Shown: positions 13,418-25,975 of the stretch, one piece after another
Position numbering within the stretch: position 1 is the first letter of the stretch
Layout of the letters: every line of letters begins with the position of its first letter
Source of the DNA: Octopus sinensis
Lineage: Eukaryota
Assembly (NCBI RefSeq): GCF_006345805.1
Contig: NC_043017.1
Span: 15,314,001-15,378,000, forward strand
Direction: 5' to 3'
Length of the DNA stretch: 64,000 bases
Notes under the pieces: generated by a model
Database searches by the model: none
What the model was told of the DNA's origin: nothing
The model's input: only the letters and a program-made list of their open reading frames with translations
Position numbers and translations under genes: made by a program

Positions 13418-16400
13418 CCTTCTTTCTTCAAATTTTCTTCCGTTTCTCGCCGAGTGTTTTCCGTACACCTAGGGCAGAGAAGCTTGTTGTATGCATTCCC
13501 AGATTACACACGCAAATTCACAGACAAAATATGTATTTAAAAATTAATAAATAAATAAATTCATGGATGGATGTTGTTTTCACAGCGATAATGCTCTTCT
13601 CAGTACATGAGCCGTTCCAGATAATACGATTTGTTGCACTTCCTGTAGTGATGGTAAGCCTGGAATCATTTTCAAATAGGTTTCAGTACCTTTTTTTATC
13701 ATTCCTAGAGATCCTACAATCACTGGTACTGTAGTCGCCTTGAGATGCCACATTTTTTTCAATTTCTATTAGAAGGTCTTTATATTTACTAATCTTGTCA
13801 AATTCTTTCGCCGCTATATTGTGATCGCAAGGGATACTCATGTCAATTAATAAACACATCTTTTTTGTCTGATGTTTTATAATAATATCCGGTTTATTAG
13901 CTTTTATAGTCTTGTCGGTCTGCACGGGGAAGTCCCATAGAATCGACACATTTTCTCCCTCAGTCACAGCTTTAGGATGGTGTTTATACCATTTGTCAGA
14001 GGTTTTGATTTTATAATACCGACATATTGTCCAATGTAAATACTGGCCGACTCTGTCATGTCTTGCTTTATATTCTGCAGGTGCTAAGACTCTACACCCT
14101 GAGATTAGGTGGTCTATTGTTTCAATCTCATCGTTACAGAATTAGCATTTTGGGTCAGCACCATTTTTTATCACATTGGCTTGGTGGTTCCAGGTTAATA
14201 AGCTTTGGTTAATAAGCTTTGCGTGTGTTTCTGGTCGATATCAGCTTGTTTGCTACGGGCCACACACTTGCCATGGAGAGGTTTCTGTCCCATCTGCTAG
14301 CTAAATTTTCATGTGCTTTTGTCTTTGCAATAAATTTAATTTTCTTTGCAGCTGCAGTTGGCGCATTTCCTTCAGCCTGATCAATCTGGTGGGTATCTAA
14401 GAGATCAGCAACGAATTGTTTGCTCTTTTTAAGAATAGAGTGAAGTCTTTTCAGTCTTTCATGTTTTTCAACAAGTTTTAGCATCCAATCGTTGGTTGTT
14501 TCAAGGTATTTGACCAGTCCAATTGTGGTGGTTTTGTATATAAGCTCAAGCTGGATCAAACTTCGACCTCCCTGAGCTCTGGAAAGGTAAAGACGATCCA
14601 CGTCTGCCTTTGGATGGTGCATCTTATTACAAGTCAGTAGCTTGCGGATTTTTCTGTCAATTTTCATTATTTCACTGGTATTCCAGTTAAGCACATTGAA
14701 GCTATAAAGAACAACTGGTACTGCTAAGGAATTTATGGCTAACACATTATATGCATTCAGCTCAGACTTCAGGACTGCTCGAACTCTTCTATAACATTCC
14801 TTCCTAACCTTCTCTTTCATGCTTGCATGCTGGATACCAGAGCCTTCATTTATTCCTAGGTATTTATAGGTTTCTTCCTGCTCAAGTTCCTTTATTACTG
14901 TTTCGACATCTATTTCGATTGAACAAGACTTTACCAATTTCCCTTTCTTAAAAGTGGCTTTGGCACACTTTTCAAGGCCAAACTCCATCCCGATATCATC
15001 ACTGAATGTAATAATCCTTCAAGCTCTTCATCATCTTTGCCATATAGCTTTAAATCATCGATATAAAATAGATGGCTTATTTTCCTGTTGTCAATTTTGT
15101 AGCCATATCCTGTTCTATTCAGTTCACTTGAGAGTGGTATTAGTGCTATGCAGAAAATTAGCGGTGAAAGTGAGTCACCTTGGAAAATTCCACAGTTTAT
15201 GCTAATGTTGTTTGCGCGCCTCCATTAGAATGATGTAATTGGAGCTTCGTGTTCCATAGTGACATATTATACTTTAAAAAATCTGAAATCACAGGTGAAA
15301 TTTTGAAAATGTCCAGCGATTTCAGAATCCACGAATGCGGTATGCTGTCAAAGGCTTTTTTATAATCAATCCATGAAGAGCTGAGATTTCTGCGCTTGTT
15401 ATGGCAGTTCTCAAGGATCAATCGATTAATTAGGAGCTGATCTTTGCATCCGTATGAGCCTCGTCTGCATCCTTTTTGGTTCAGTGGGAAAGAGGTTATT
15501 CTCTTCCATAAACGTATATGTTTTCTCTACTAGAATAGATGTCAAAATCTTATAGGTAGTAGATAAACATGTTATAGGCCGGTAGTTTTTTGGTTCTTTC
15601 GTTTTGTTATTTTTGCCATCCAATGGCGTTTTTTTCGGGTCTTTCATAATACTATTAAATAGTATTACTAACATTTTGTGTGCGGACGAGAGTGATGAGA
15701 GCCAGAATTTTGGTACTCTATCAATACCAGGGGATTTCCACTAACCTTTGTTAGTGCTCTCCTTAGGTCGGCGATTGAGATGTCTTCCCATACCTGTTCT
15801 TGTAGATTTTTGTAGTCATCTTGGGTGCGTTTGATCCACTCTGCATTTTCATTGTATGGTTTCTCATCACTCCAGATCCCCTTCCAAAAGTTTTCAACTT
15901 CTTCCATTAGGGGTGGATTTTCAATGGTTATTTTTTCTTTCCCTATTTCCCTGTAAAATGATTTGGCATCGGATTTGAACATCCTATTTTGTTTGTAGAA
16001 TTTGATTCTTTTCTCAAATCTGCGTATTTTCTGAGCTTTTACTGGAACTTTTTGTTTAAGTGTTTCTTTCGCTGACATTAGTTCTTCTCTTGTTGAGTGT
16101 CCATATTTTCTCACAATCTTCCTGCCTTTTCTTGATCTTACATCATTTCCAGAGGTTAGCTCAGTTAATATTGATATCTCCCTTCGCAATGATTCAATTT
16201 CAGTTTCAATTCTACTCCTCCAGTTTGATTTTCTTTTCGAATTTGGTATTGTTGGCTTTTTGGGTGTTAAACAGCGTCTTTCGATTACCTTAGCGACAGA
16301 GTAAATAATTTCATTTAATTTATTAAGATCGGGTTTTAGTTGTTGTATGATTTCCTGTGTTACGCAGTTGCCAATTTTTATTTGTGTTTTATGTTGGTGT

Positions 16401-16812
16401 GCATTTGAGAGTTTATGGAGTGGCTCCCTATCATTCATAGTTGTGTGGCCTACAACTGCAAGCTCATTCAGAACTTCTTGCTTCATTTCAATGATAGATT
16501 TTCTGTGTTGTTCAACAAACATGTGGTCTTCAAATTCTGTTTCACATCATTTTCCGGGTTGTTTTTTCTAGGGTCATTATATTTTCCTTTTTCTTCAAGA
16601 TCTTGAGTCGTTTCGGCAGACGATCGCCTTTCAGTCAATGCTTGTGGCCCAACATTCTTCTCCTCAGCTTCGTTATTTCTTTCCTGACTTACATTTAGGT
16701 CTATCATTATTTACTTTTAATCTGCATGTTTGTTACAATCACTTGACGAGACACATCCAACGTCCTGGGGGCAAATGAAGGATAAGAGTTGTTACAGTAT
16801 GACTGAAAGCTT
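13418..16812 (-). mobile_element. Near-full-length R4/Dong-clade RLE LINE with frameshifts
   Basis: Ordered ORF pieces: N-terminal region (16707-15668), 'NYRPITCLSTTYKILT', 'WIDYKKAFDSIPH', 'GIFQGDSLSP', 'HLFYIDDLKLY', RLE 'KPDIIIK..LIDMSIP'; the 3' UTR ends in an A-run followed by (TAA)n. Confidence 0.9.
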
Positions 16813-16826
16813 ATATATATATATAA

Positions 16827-16871
<45 letters not shown>

Positions 16872-17762
16872 TGTGTGTGTGTGTTTGTCTATTTGTATGT
16901 ATGTATGTATGTATGTGTGTATGTATGTATGTATGTATGCATGTATATAGATTCAGATGAATATGGTACTTTAGTTGAAGCACCAGAATTTAGTACGGTA
17001 TTATCATTACAATTTCAAAATAGGGTGATTAAAATCAAAATAGACAACAAGGATATCCAGACGTAATACAGTACGGTCGTTTCATGCAAGTTCATTTAAG
17101 TGAACAATGCAATTATTGATATAATGAAATGATTGCATTGTTCAATTAAATGGAGTCGCATGAAACGATCGTACTGCATTACGTCTGGATATCCTTGTTG
17201 ATTATTTTGATATATATGTATGTATGCATTTATAATTTTTTTTCCGTGAACGGATCTGATTTTTGATTCGTTCACGGGAAAATACACCGGATTCCTAAAA
17301 ACGCTATTCCACGCGAAAGTCCCTGCACACGACCGAAAAAGAATCATAGAAACTATAAACAAAACCCTTCCTTTACCATCTTCGTTTCTCTCTTGTTTTT
17401 CTCCCTCTTAACCCAGTATGGCCGAAACTTTGATGAGCCACAATTCTTATCGATCACTTCTAACACTATTGAATTTTGTGCAAGATGATCCACATTTATT
17501 ATATTATTGAATGTTATGAACATTGAAATCATATTTGATACTATTGAAACTTGTAAATATTGAATCTTTTAAACATGTTTTTCTAATTCATAATTTTAAT
17601 TTTTTACCATTGATAAACAAAAACTATTGTTGAAATTAGTTTGGTATGTATGTAAAAAAAACTATCTAAAAACAATTACAAGTTCTTCAACAACAAATTT
17701 TCCTATATTTTTTCGTGGAAATATACCAACTCTTTTGTTATATATATATATATAATATATAT

Positions 17763-17807
<45 letters not shown>

Positions 17808-18388
17808 AAGACAGTCGCCACATCAAAGTGGCTGTTGAATGTTACTATTAGTTTAACTCCAGGCAGATTCCCTGCCGGGTGGCTGTCGGCGCGACTCTGC
17901 ACACTTTACACACAATAAATTGCTAGCAGGGGGAGCGAAGCCCCTACCACCCTGTAGCAGGTAACAGGATCGTAAGACTGACTCAGTTTCGAGCTATCAG
18001 GCCCGTCCTCAGTCGCCAGCAACAGCAAGCCAGAGCGATAGCCAGAGTCCTCTAACACTAACAATATTTCGCGAATAGATAGACAGATGGGTGGAGAGCC
18101 AGACAAACAGACATGCAGGTAGACAGACAGACTGCCGCCATCTCTTATTTTTCCCATACCGATATGACAATTTTTAGACAGTAGAGTTTCAAAAGAGAGA
18201 GACTTGGCTGCTATTTCTAACATGACCAGTCACAGTAGAAAGACTTTATCACTTTGTTTATTGGTTTAGGATTAGCAGTAAATGAAGACCAAGACTGAAA
18301 TTTGTGATCGATGACATTCTAATCAGATAATCTATAAAACTGCAAAGAACCGCAGAATCCCGTGGAGTAAGAACAATTGGTGAGCAGA

Positions 18389-18420
18389 GGGGCGGAAGTG
18401 ATGTCATCAAATATGGCGGA
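18389..18420 (+). promoter_or_regulatory. Candidate housekeeping-type core promoter (GC box + ETS + CRE-like + YY1-like motifs)
   Basis: GGGGCGGAAGTGATGTCATCAAATATGGCGG packs GGGGCGG, CGGAAGTG, TGATGTCA and AANATGGCG into ~32 bp. Confidence 0.5.
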
Positions 18421-18455
18421 ACAAATTAGTTCTCGACAGAATTTCGTCGTAGTTG
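18413..18455 (+). CDS. Candidate first coding exon of an unidentified host gene (MAEQISSRQNFVVV + 1 nt)
   Basis: The ATG lies in the YY1-like motif, and the open frame ends at a consensus donor TTG|GTGAGT (18456). No downstream exon was identified. Confidence 0.4.
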
Positions 18456-19082
18456 GTGAGTTTGGTCACGCTTTGGTAGCGTGTGCCAACAGCTGCAGCT
18501 TTAGAAATGTCTCTCTAACAATGACGACCAATTTAACATTATTCAGCCATAGCAACAGAGGATGCGCTGCCTAATTATGGCCGCAACATCAATTTATCAA
18601 CGGGACTCAACGATGCAAGACTTCACAATTCATTAAATCTCGGTTCGTTTTCACTCCTCTTTCATTACCTCTACTAAAAGCAGACAACATGCATATGCAT
18701 TTATATATATATATATATATATAATATATAATATATATATATATATATACATACACACACATAGACATATACAAATATGTATATGTGTGTATGCATGTAT
18801 GTATATAATAATACTTTACAAGTAATTTAACAAAAAAGTAGCAAGTACGCAATACTTGCGGATGTGTGAAGAAATACATCTCTTGATTAATAAATGGCAG
18901 TTATAGTTCGGTGCTAATCCATGAAATAAATTCCATAACGATGAAGCTAATCACCAGACCATGACTGGCGTAGAATCCTGCTTTTATTACACTTTTTTAT
19001 CATTGCTTCCTTCACGCATCCAACTTATCGATCGTTGGCTTACTCTATTCATACATGCATATATGCATATATACACATATGC

Positions 19083-19155
<73 letters not shown>

Positions 19156-19989
19156 ATTTATATATATATGGATATGTATATTTATGCATAAACAAACAGA
19201 CACACAGTACGCACACGCATACACTCATCCTGGGTGTATGCCTTGGGTATGACGTTATACTGCAATTGGTGGCGACACTCTAGATCTGAAGTTGTGGGGA
19301 AACATGGATCCACCTCTTAATTACCAATAGTCTCAGGTCCTTTCTGGCCCGGAACGATATTTCCTCTCAGGGTCCTATCGATGTATTAAGTCGATTTCCT
19401 CGGGATACAAGAGATTGCCGTTATTTTTGGCAAAGTTGTGGGGAAGGCAGTTCTTCTAGAAGAAAGATACTCTGTTAATAAGTTGTGCAGGCAAAAGTAG
19501 TACCAGTCATCTTCCCCGTCACTGAAACTTACTCTGGCGACCGAGAGAGTGGCAAGTGTGTTGAGCTAGTTTATGTCACTTTATTTCAATGACGTCGCTT
19601 CATATCTTGATCCGTTTCGTACTTAATCAAGCCTTATGATGCAAAGATGAAATTAAATAAGAAAAGCCAGGCTGAATGCGACAAGGTGAAGCAATCCTCT
19701 TCATACTTATACATATATGTATGCTTGTGTGTGCTGTTGTTGTTGTTGTTGTCGTTTTGGTTGCTGTAAGTCCGACCTGGGTTACTAGTCGTAGACACCT
19801 GGATAGGCTGGGGCGATTTCACTAACAACCTCCGCCGTACATTGGGTCTCTGATTAGAAATGTATGCAAAAGAAAGTGATGTCGAAATCTTTGACCACAG
19901 TTAGTCTCCCAGTATAAAACCTTCAGCTGTTCAGCACCGATTATGATGGAATGGCCAGGATGGAAACGACTGGAATCTTATGCGATGTC

Positions 19990-20480
19990 TGTCCTTTGTA
20001 TTAGGCTGTTTATGTCGTATTTGAAAGGTAACAATAAAATGTTTCAGAAGCGTTAGAGAACTGATTTATTTAATCAAATATGATCCATGTTCATTTATGA
20101 CGTTTACCCAACGTTTCTCTATGTCATATATTCCATCTTTATAAAACAATTCATCTTTTGCTGTGATAAACCGTCCGAATGCTTCAATTACCTCTTCTCA
20201 ATTTAAGAATGTTTTATTGATTATGAAAAGCTCAAATTACTTAAATAATGGATGATTAGTAGGAGAGATATCAGGGGAATAGGGAGGATGTTGCAACATC
20301 TCATAATTCAGGTTTTGCAACTTTTGGACCGTAGCTTGAGAAATGTGAGGATGTGCATTGCCGTGGAGCAAAATTGGGCCATCTCTATTCACTAGTCTGG
20401 TTTGCTTCTTTTTCAAATTTGCATGCATACAATCAATTTCCTGGCAATATGATGTTGTTGTTATCGTCAAACGATGGCAT
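19990..20480 (-). mobile_element. mariner (DD34D-type) transposase 3' relic
   Basis: 'PILLHGNAHPH...LQHPPYSPDISPT' matches the mariner HDNARPH and HPPYSPDLAPSD motifs. Confidence 0.85.
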
Positions 20481-21249
20481 CACTTTGTATTGGATAGGCT
20501 GTATGTGTGTGTCTAGGCTGATTTTTTGTTAAATTTATGCAAATTACCGATGCCACAAATATGTTCTGTTGTTTTGTATGTTGAAATGTCTATTCTGCTG
20601 TAGATAGTTATGGCAAACTGTGCTGTATCAAGTTCGTAGAATACTTGATTTTTGAGATTATCTCTCTTACTCATTTTGGGGTTAATCCCAATTGTCACCA
20701 AGGGATTGTTCTACCCTCACTGGAAGCGGAGATTATTTCAATGAATTAAGTGTTTATATTGTATGATGTTTAATATATGACGTTTGATTCGAGAAACTGA
20801 TAGTGGGAAAGATTAGAAAGTCCCCCAAGACACACTTCTTGAATGCATTGCTCCATCACGGGCGCAGACTAATGCTTGAAATTCGTAAAACAACCAAGGA
20901 ATGTACAAAATAAGAGAGGAAGAGAGACATGAGAAATATGACGATGGTGGGGAGGAGGAAGAGGAGGAGAATGATCATTATGATGACGAAGATGATGATG
21001 ATGATGGTGATGATGATGATATTGATGATGATGATGATGATGATGATATTGATGATGATGATGAGAAAGCAGTGTGAGGCACCGCACTAAGTTAATATCT
21101 TTTCATGGTGCTCTGCTGCTTCCACCATTTTCTTCAGGTCTGTGAATGAAGCTAATAAATTGTGTGAGAGAAATTCAATTGGTCGTAATGATGTCTTTGT
21201 CTAACACAAGAATTACAACAACAACAACAACAATACACAATCATATATA

Positions 21250-21337
21250 CATATCAATGTATACACACACACACACACATAGGTACACATATACATACAT
21301 GCATATTAAAAAATATGGATACGTATCGGTATGTGCA

Positions 21338-21393
<56 letters not shown>

Positions 21394-21514
21394 TGGGTGT
21401 GTATGTATTTATATCTTTATGTAGGCATTCATACGTATGTATATACACATGCGTGTATACATACATATATATATATGTATACACATATATATATGTATAC
21501 ACATATATATAATA

Positions 21515-21549
<35 letters not shown>

Positions 21550-21962
21550 ATGTATGTATGCATGTATGTATGTATGTATGTATGTATGATTGTACGTATG
21601 TATGTATGTAAAATAGATATTTATATGACATACGCATTTATCCCTACATGTGCGAGTGTATATGTATGTGCACACGCACACAGACACACACAGACCGGTT
21701 ACTTGAGTGTGTTGTTACAAAAATGGAAACGTTAGCATGACAAAGAGTCGAGTGAATGGGTATTGCAGCAAAGGAAAGGAGCGGGGTGGGCACAACAGAT
21801 AAGGTTGTTTTGTTTTATTAGTTGGGGAGTGTTAAGGAGGAGAAGTTGTCGGGAGGGGATCGTTGAAAAATTCTCCAATGAATTATAAGAAAAAACATTT
21901 ATTCTAACCCCTCCCCACACTCCCACATATATATAATATATATATATATATAATACACACAC

Positions 21963-22004
<42 letters not shown>

Positions 22005-22057
22005 CATACATATACATATATATATATATATTATATATATATATATATAATATATAC

Positions 22058-22110
<53 letters not shown>

Positions 22111-22576
22111 TACATAGATGTATGTATGTATATACATAAATGTATCTGTATATACATACATACATGCATATGCATATATATATACATATATATACATATA
22201 TATGTATATATGTATATTTATATATCTATATATATATACGTATATATATATATATAAGTATATATACATACATATATATATATAATTTTGTCTGTATAAG
22301 TTGTAATTACCTTACCAAATAATTGCTTTTTTGTGTGTGTATGTAAATTTATGCGTATCATATATACATTTATATATACACATGTATGTGTGCAAATATG
22401 TATGCATACATGCATGTATCGATAGACGAACAGTCAGACAGGCATCCAGGCAGACAGACACATAGAGAAAGAGAGATGTTCGTTTGGTTTGTTCACAAGT
22501 TCATTGTGGCAGGTTTGCATATCTGGTATTTAAAATTTTCCATTTACGTTTATGCCTACATTTATAAAACTAGACG

Positions 22577-22611
<35 letters not shown>

Positions 22612-22849
22612 AAACACACACATATATGGTTGTAAGTACATATTTACCAGCTTGTATATAAAATTAAATATATATATACCGATATGTATATATATGCAAG
22701 TATTATATATATATATATATATATATATATTGCTTTGCATGTGTGTGTACACGTTACATACACATACATGCATGCATACAATCATACATACATGCATGCA
22801 TACGTACATACATACATACATACATACATACATACATACATACATAAAA

Positions 22850-22883
<34 letters not shown>

Positions 22884-22920
22884 GTATTTTGTATGTATGT
22901 GTGTGAATATCTGTCTTGAA
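21250..22920. repeat. Long (TA)n/(TACA)n/(CA)n compound microsatellite block
   Basis: Directly visible, with short unique interruptions. Confidence 0.9.
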
Positions 22921-23759
22921 TATATCTATATTTACTTATACCCACACACATATGTACCTATACACATCATTGTACCCCGTAGCAACAACATAAGTCTCTA
23001 TGCACCCTCCTCCTCCCCCCACCGCTCACTTCTTACCGCCAGCACCGCCACCCCGTCTCACCACTACCACCTCCACCCCCACACCTTACCATCCACCAAC
23101 TTATCCATATTGTTCTTGTCGTGCGTTTGGTACTCATGCAATTCAAAAAATCGATCTTGCTCTTGCCTTGTTTTGCCAAACTTATTCCACTCTACTCTCC
23201 AGGTTGACATTTCGAATCAATTATAGTAAATTATTTAAAAATTTTCACTCAATTGGAAATCAATTAAAAACATTTGAACAGATCTAGGTTGGTGGAAACT
23301 AGTTTTATGTACCGTCTCACTAGAAATAGATCTCTAACAGGACAGAAAACACACAATTGATTAACTTTAACGTAAAAAAACATTGCGTTTTTGGTTAGCA
23401 TTCTACAAATTTGCGATTGTGTTGCCAATGTTTTGCGTCTGTTATTAGGTCCCTTTCAGTTTTAATACAACAGAGAGCTACCTTTGCTCCGTCTTACATA
23501 ATCTGTACCTTGTAACATAGAACCACCATAGACCCTCTTTCATAGTCTATAATTAATTTTACAGTGTTACCGAAGCGCCCTCTTCCGTAGTCTATACCAA
23601 GTAATACACGGCCCACAATAATTCCCTCTTAGATAATCTGTGACTTAGCATGGCCACAGCCTTAGGGCTGAAGTATATAAAAGAATAAAACAATATACAT
23701 AGGTGTGTATGTGTTGTGTGTGTGTGTGTGTGTGTGTATACACATGCATATAAGTGTAT

Positions 23760-24110
23760 TTTTCTTTACGTTTACTTCAGTTCGTGAGTTCAAGCTGATC
23801 GCTAACAAAGTGACAAGACTCTTTGAGTTAAGAGCGTTCTCGGTGTTTGTAAGTATTTGGTTGAGTTGTCGATTGCATGCTCCCGAGAATTTTCGGAATG
23901 TCTTACAGAGCTTCACTGCACCACTAACAGATTGGATCCGGTGAGTCCACGTCACCTCATTTTGCTCTTTCTTTGGAAAAATCTTAGCACTTTTATGTTT
24001 TTGCTTAAATCTGTCGGTACATAACTTGATGCACCCACGATGCTAGGTAGAAATGAGAATTCATAGTCAAAGTACAAAAGCTGTAAGTTCTTCATTAATT
24101 CATCTGTATG
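23760..24110 (-). mobile_element. R4/Dong-type LINE C-terminus + 3' UTR relic
   Basis: 'NLQLLYFDYEFSFLPSIVGASSYVP...SVSGAVKLCKTFRKF' shares its C-terminal motif with 'GTVKICKTFRKF' of the 3390-4950 element. Confidence 0.7.
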
Positions 24111-25051
24111 TATGTATGTAGGTAAGGAGGTTGGTAGGTAGGTAGGTAGGTAGGTAGGTAGGTAGGTAGGTAGGTAGGTAGGTAGGTAGGTAGGCAGGCA
24201 TATAAACACTACTAAAAATAACGGACAGTTTTTCCCTAAAGCAGACCCTCCCTAGAATCTGGAAAAAATTTCGACTCATTCGACAATGTCTTCCCGGATG
24301 TAACAAGAAATCGCTGGATGTTGACAATGACAATGTAACCGTGCTGATCACAGGTGGAACAGAGCTGGCCTACGGTTAAACAGCAACAACAACTCTAACA
24401 ACAACATTCATTGAAGATCTTTAACTGGTTCAGTGACATTATATAACGGTAATCAAACTGGATAATTGCTGATTTGTGTCCAAACAGAAGATTAATCATA
24501 AACATGAAGCCATCTTTTCCTTCGTCTAATCGTTATCTCCAACACCAAACAGAAATCTATTGATACACTAAGTGGAAAGCCATTATAATTTTGTGAGTTA
24601 CAACTATTTTATCAAATAATTTCATTAGGAGGCTGGTTGCACAGATCAAATAGCGAAAATAGATTTTTCATTTTCTAAAATGGCCGAATAGGTTTGATAT
24701 AATGACGCCATTGCCTGCAGATCTAATCTGTGTGTCATCGTTGTTTAAAGTCTTCACTTAACGATTGCATACACACACGTATATCCTGGTGTAATCTCAC
24801 GAAATATAAATATACATGCATCCATGTGCATATATATATATACGTGCGTGAGGATGTGTGTGCGCGTGTGAGTGCATGTAATTATATATATACATATATA
24901 TATATATATATACATTCATATATATATATATATATATATACATTCATTATATATATATATATATATATAATATATATGAGAGAGAGAGAAGAGAGAGAGG
25001 TGAGGAATGTAGTTATATATAATGTTTTATATGTACATATATATACATATA

Positions 25052-25090
<39 letters not shown>

Positions 25091-25103
25091 CATAATATAT
25101 ATA

Positions 25104-25169
<66 letters not shown>

Positions 25170-25514
25170 TATATATTAATTATATTATAATTATATCATA
25201 TTATATTATATATAATGCAGAGAGCGAAAGAGGACGGAAACGAGATTGTGTTTATTTGAAAGAATATAAATGCTCAAAAGTTGAATTAAGGGATTCATAC
25301 TTCCGCGTGCGCGCGAGTGTGTGTGTGTGTGTTGATGCAAATACTGTAGATTATTGTGAATTCATCTACACAAACCGAAAGCTATGATTCCTTACAAGGT
25401 TGCCTTGCTTTCGGATGATTTGACCTCTTTTGTTTTCAGGCCCTTATATGTGTGTGTGTGCGTGTGTGTTTGTGTGTGTGTACGTATGGATATATGTATA
25501 TACAGACATACAGA

Positions 25515-25539
25515 AAGACAGATAGATAGACAGACAGAC

Positions 25540-25613
<74 letters not shown>

Positions 25614-25665
25614 GTAGGTAGATAGATAGATAGATAGATAGATAGATATGTAGATAGATAGATAT

Positions 25666-25732
<67 letters not shown>

Positions 25733-25812
25733 TGTAGGTAGGTAGGTAGTAGATATAGATAGAGTAGATAGATAGATAGATAGATAGATAGCTAGATAGA
25801 TAGGTAGGTAGG

Positions 25813-25863
<51 letters not shown>

Positions 25864-25893
25864 TAGGTAGTAGGTAGATAGATAGATAGATAG

Positions 25894-25974
<81 letters not shown>

Positions 25975-25975
25975 G
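25515..25975. repeat. (GATA)n array with (TAGG) interruptions
   Basis: Directly visible. Confidence 0.95.

Noticed and set aside
17105-17182. GAA-ACGATCGT-A palindrome in the long hairpin as a hammerhead
   Set aside because: The would-be core reads TTATTGA (3 mismatches), and the apparent stem I is explained by the fold-back itself.
23781-23940. Two plus-strand exon-like segments with good splice sites (23781-23848, 23909-23940)
   Set aside because: The opposite strand is an R4-LINE C-terminus and 3' UTR, so the sites are probably fortuitous; antisense exonisation cannot be excluded without RNA-seq.
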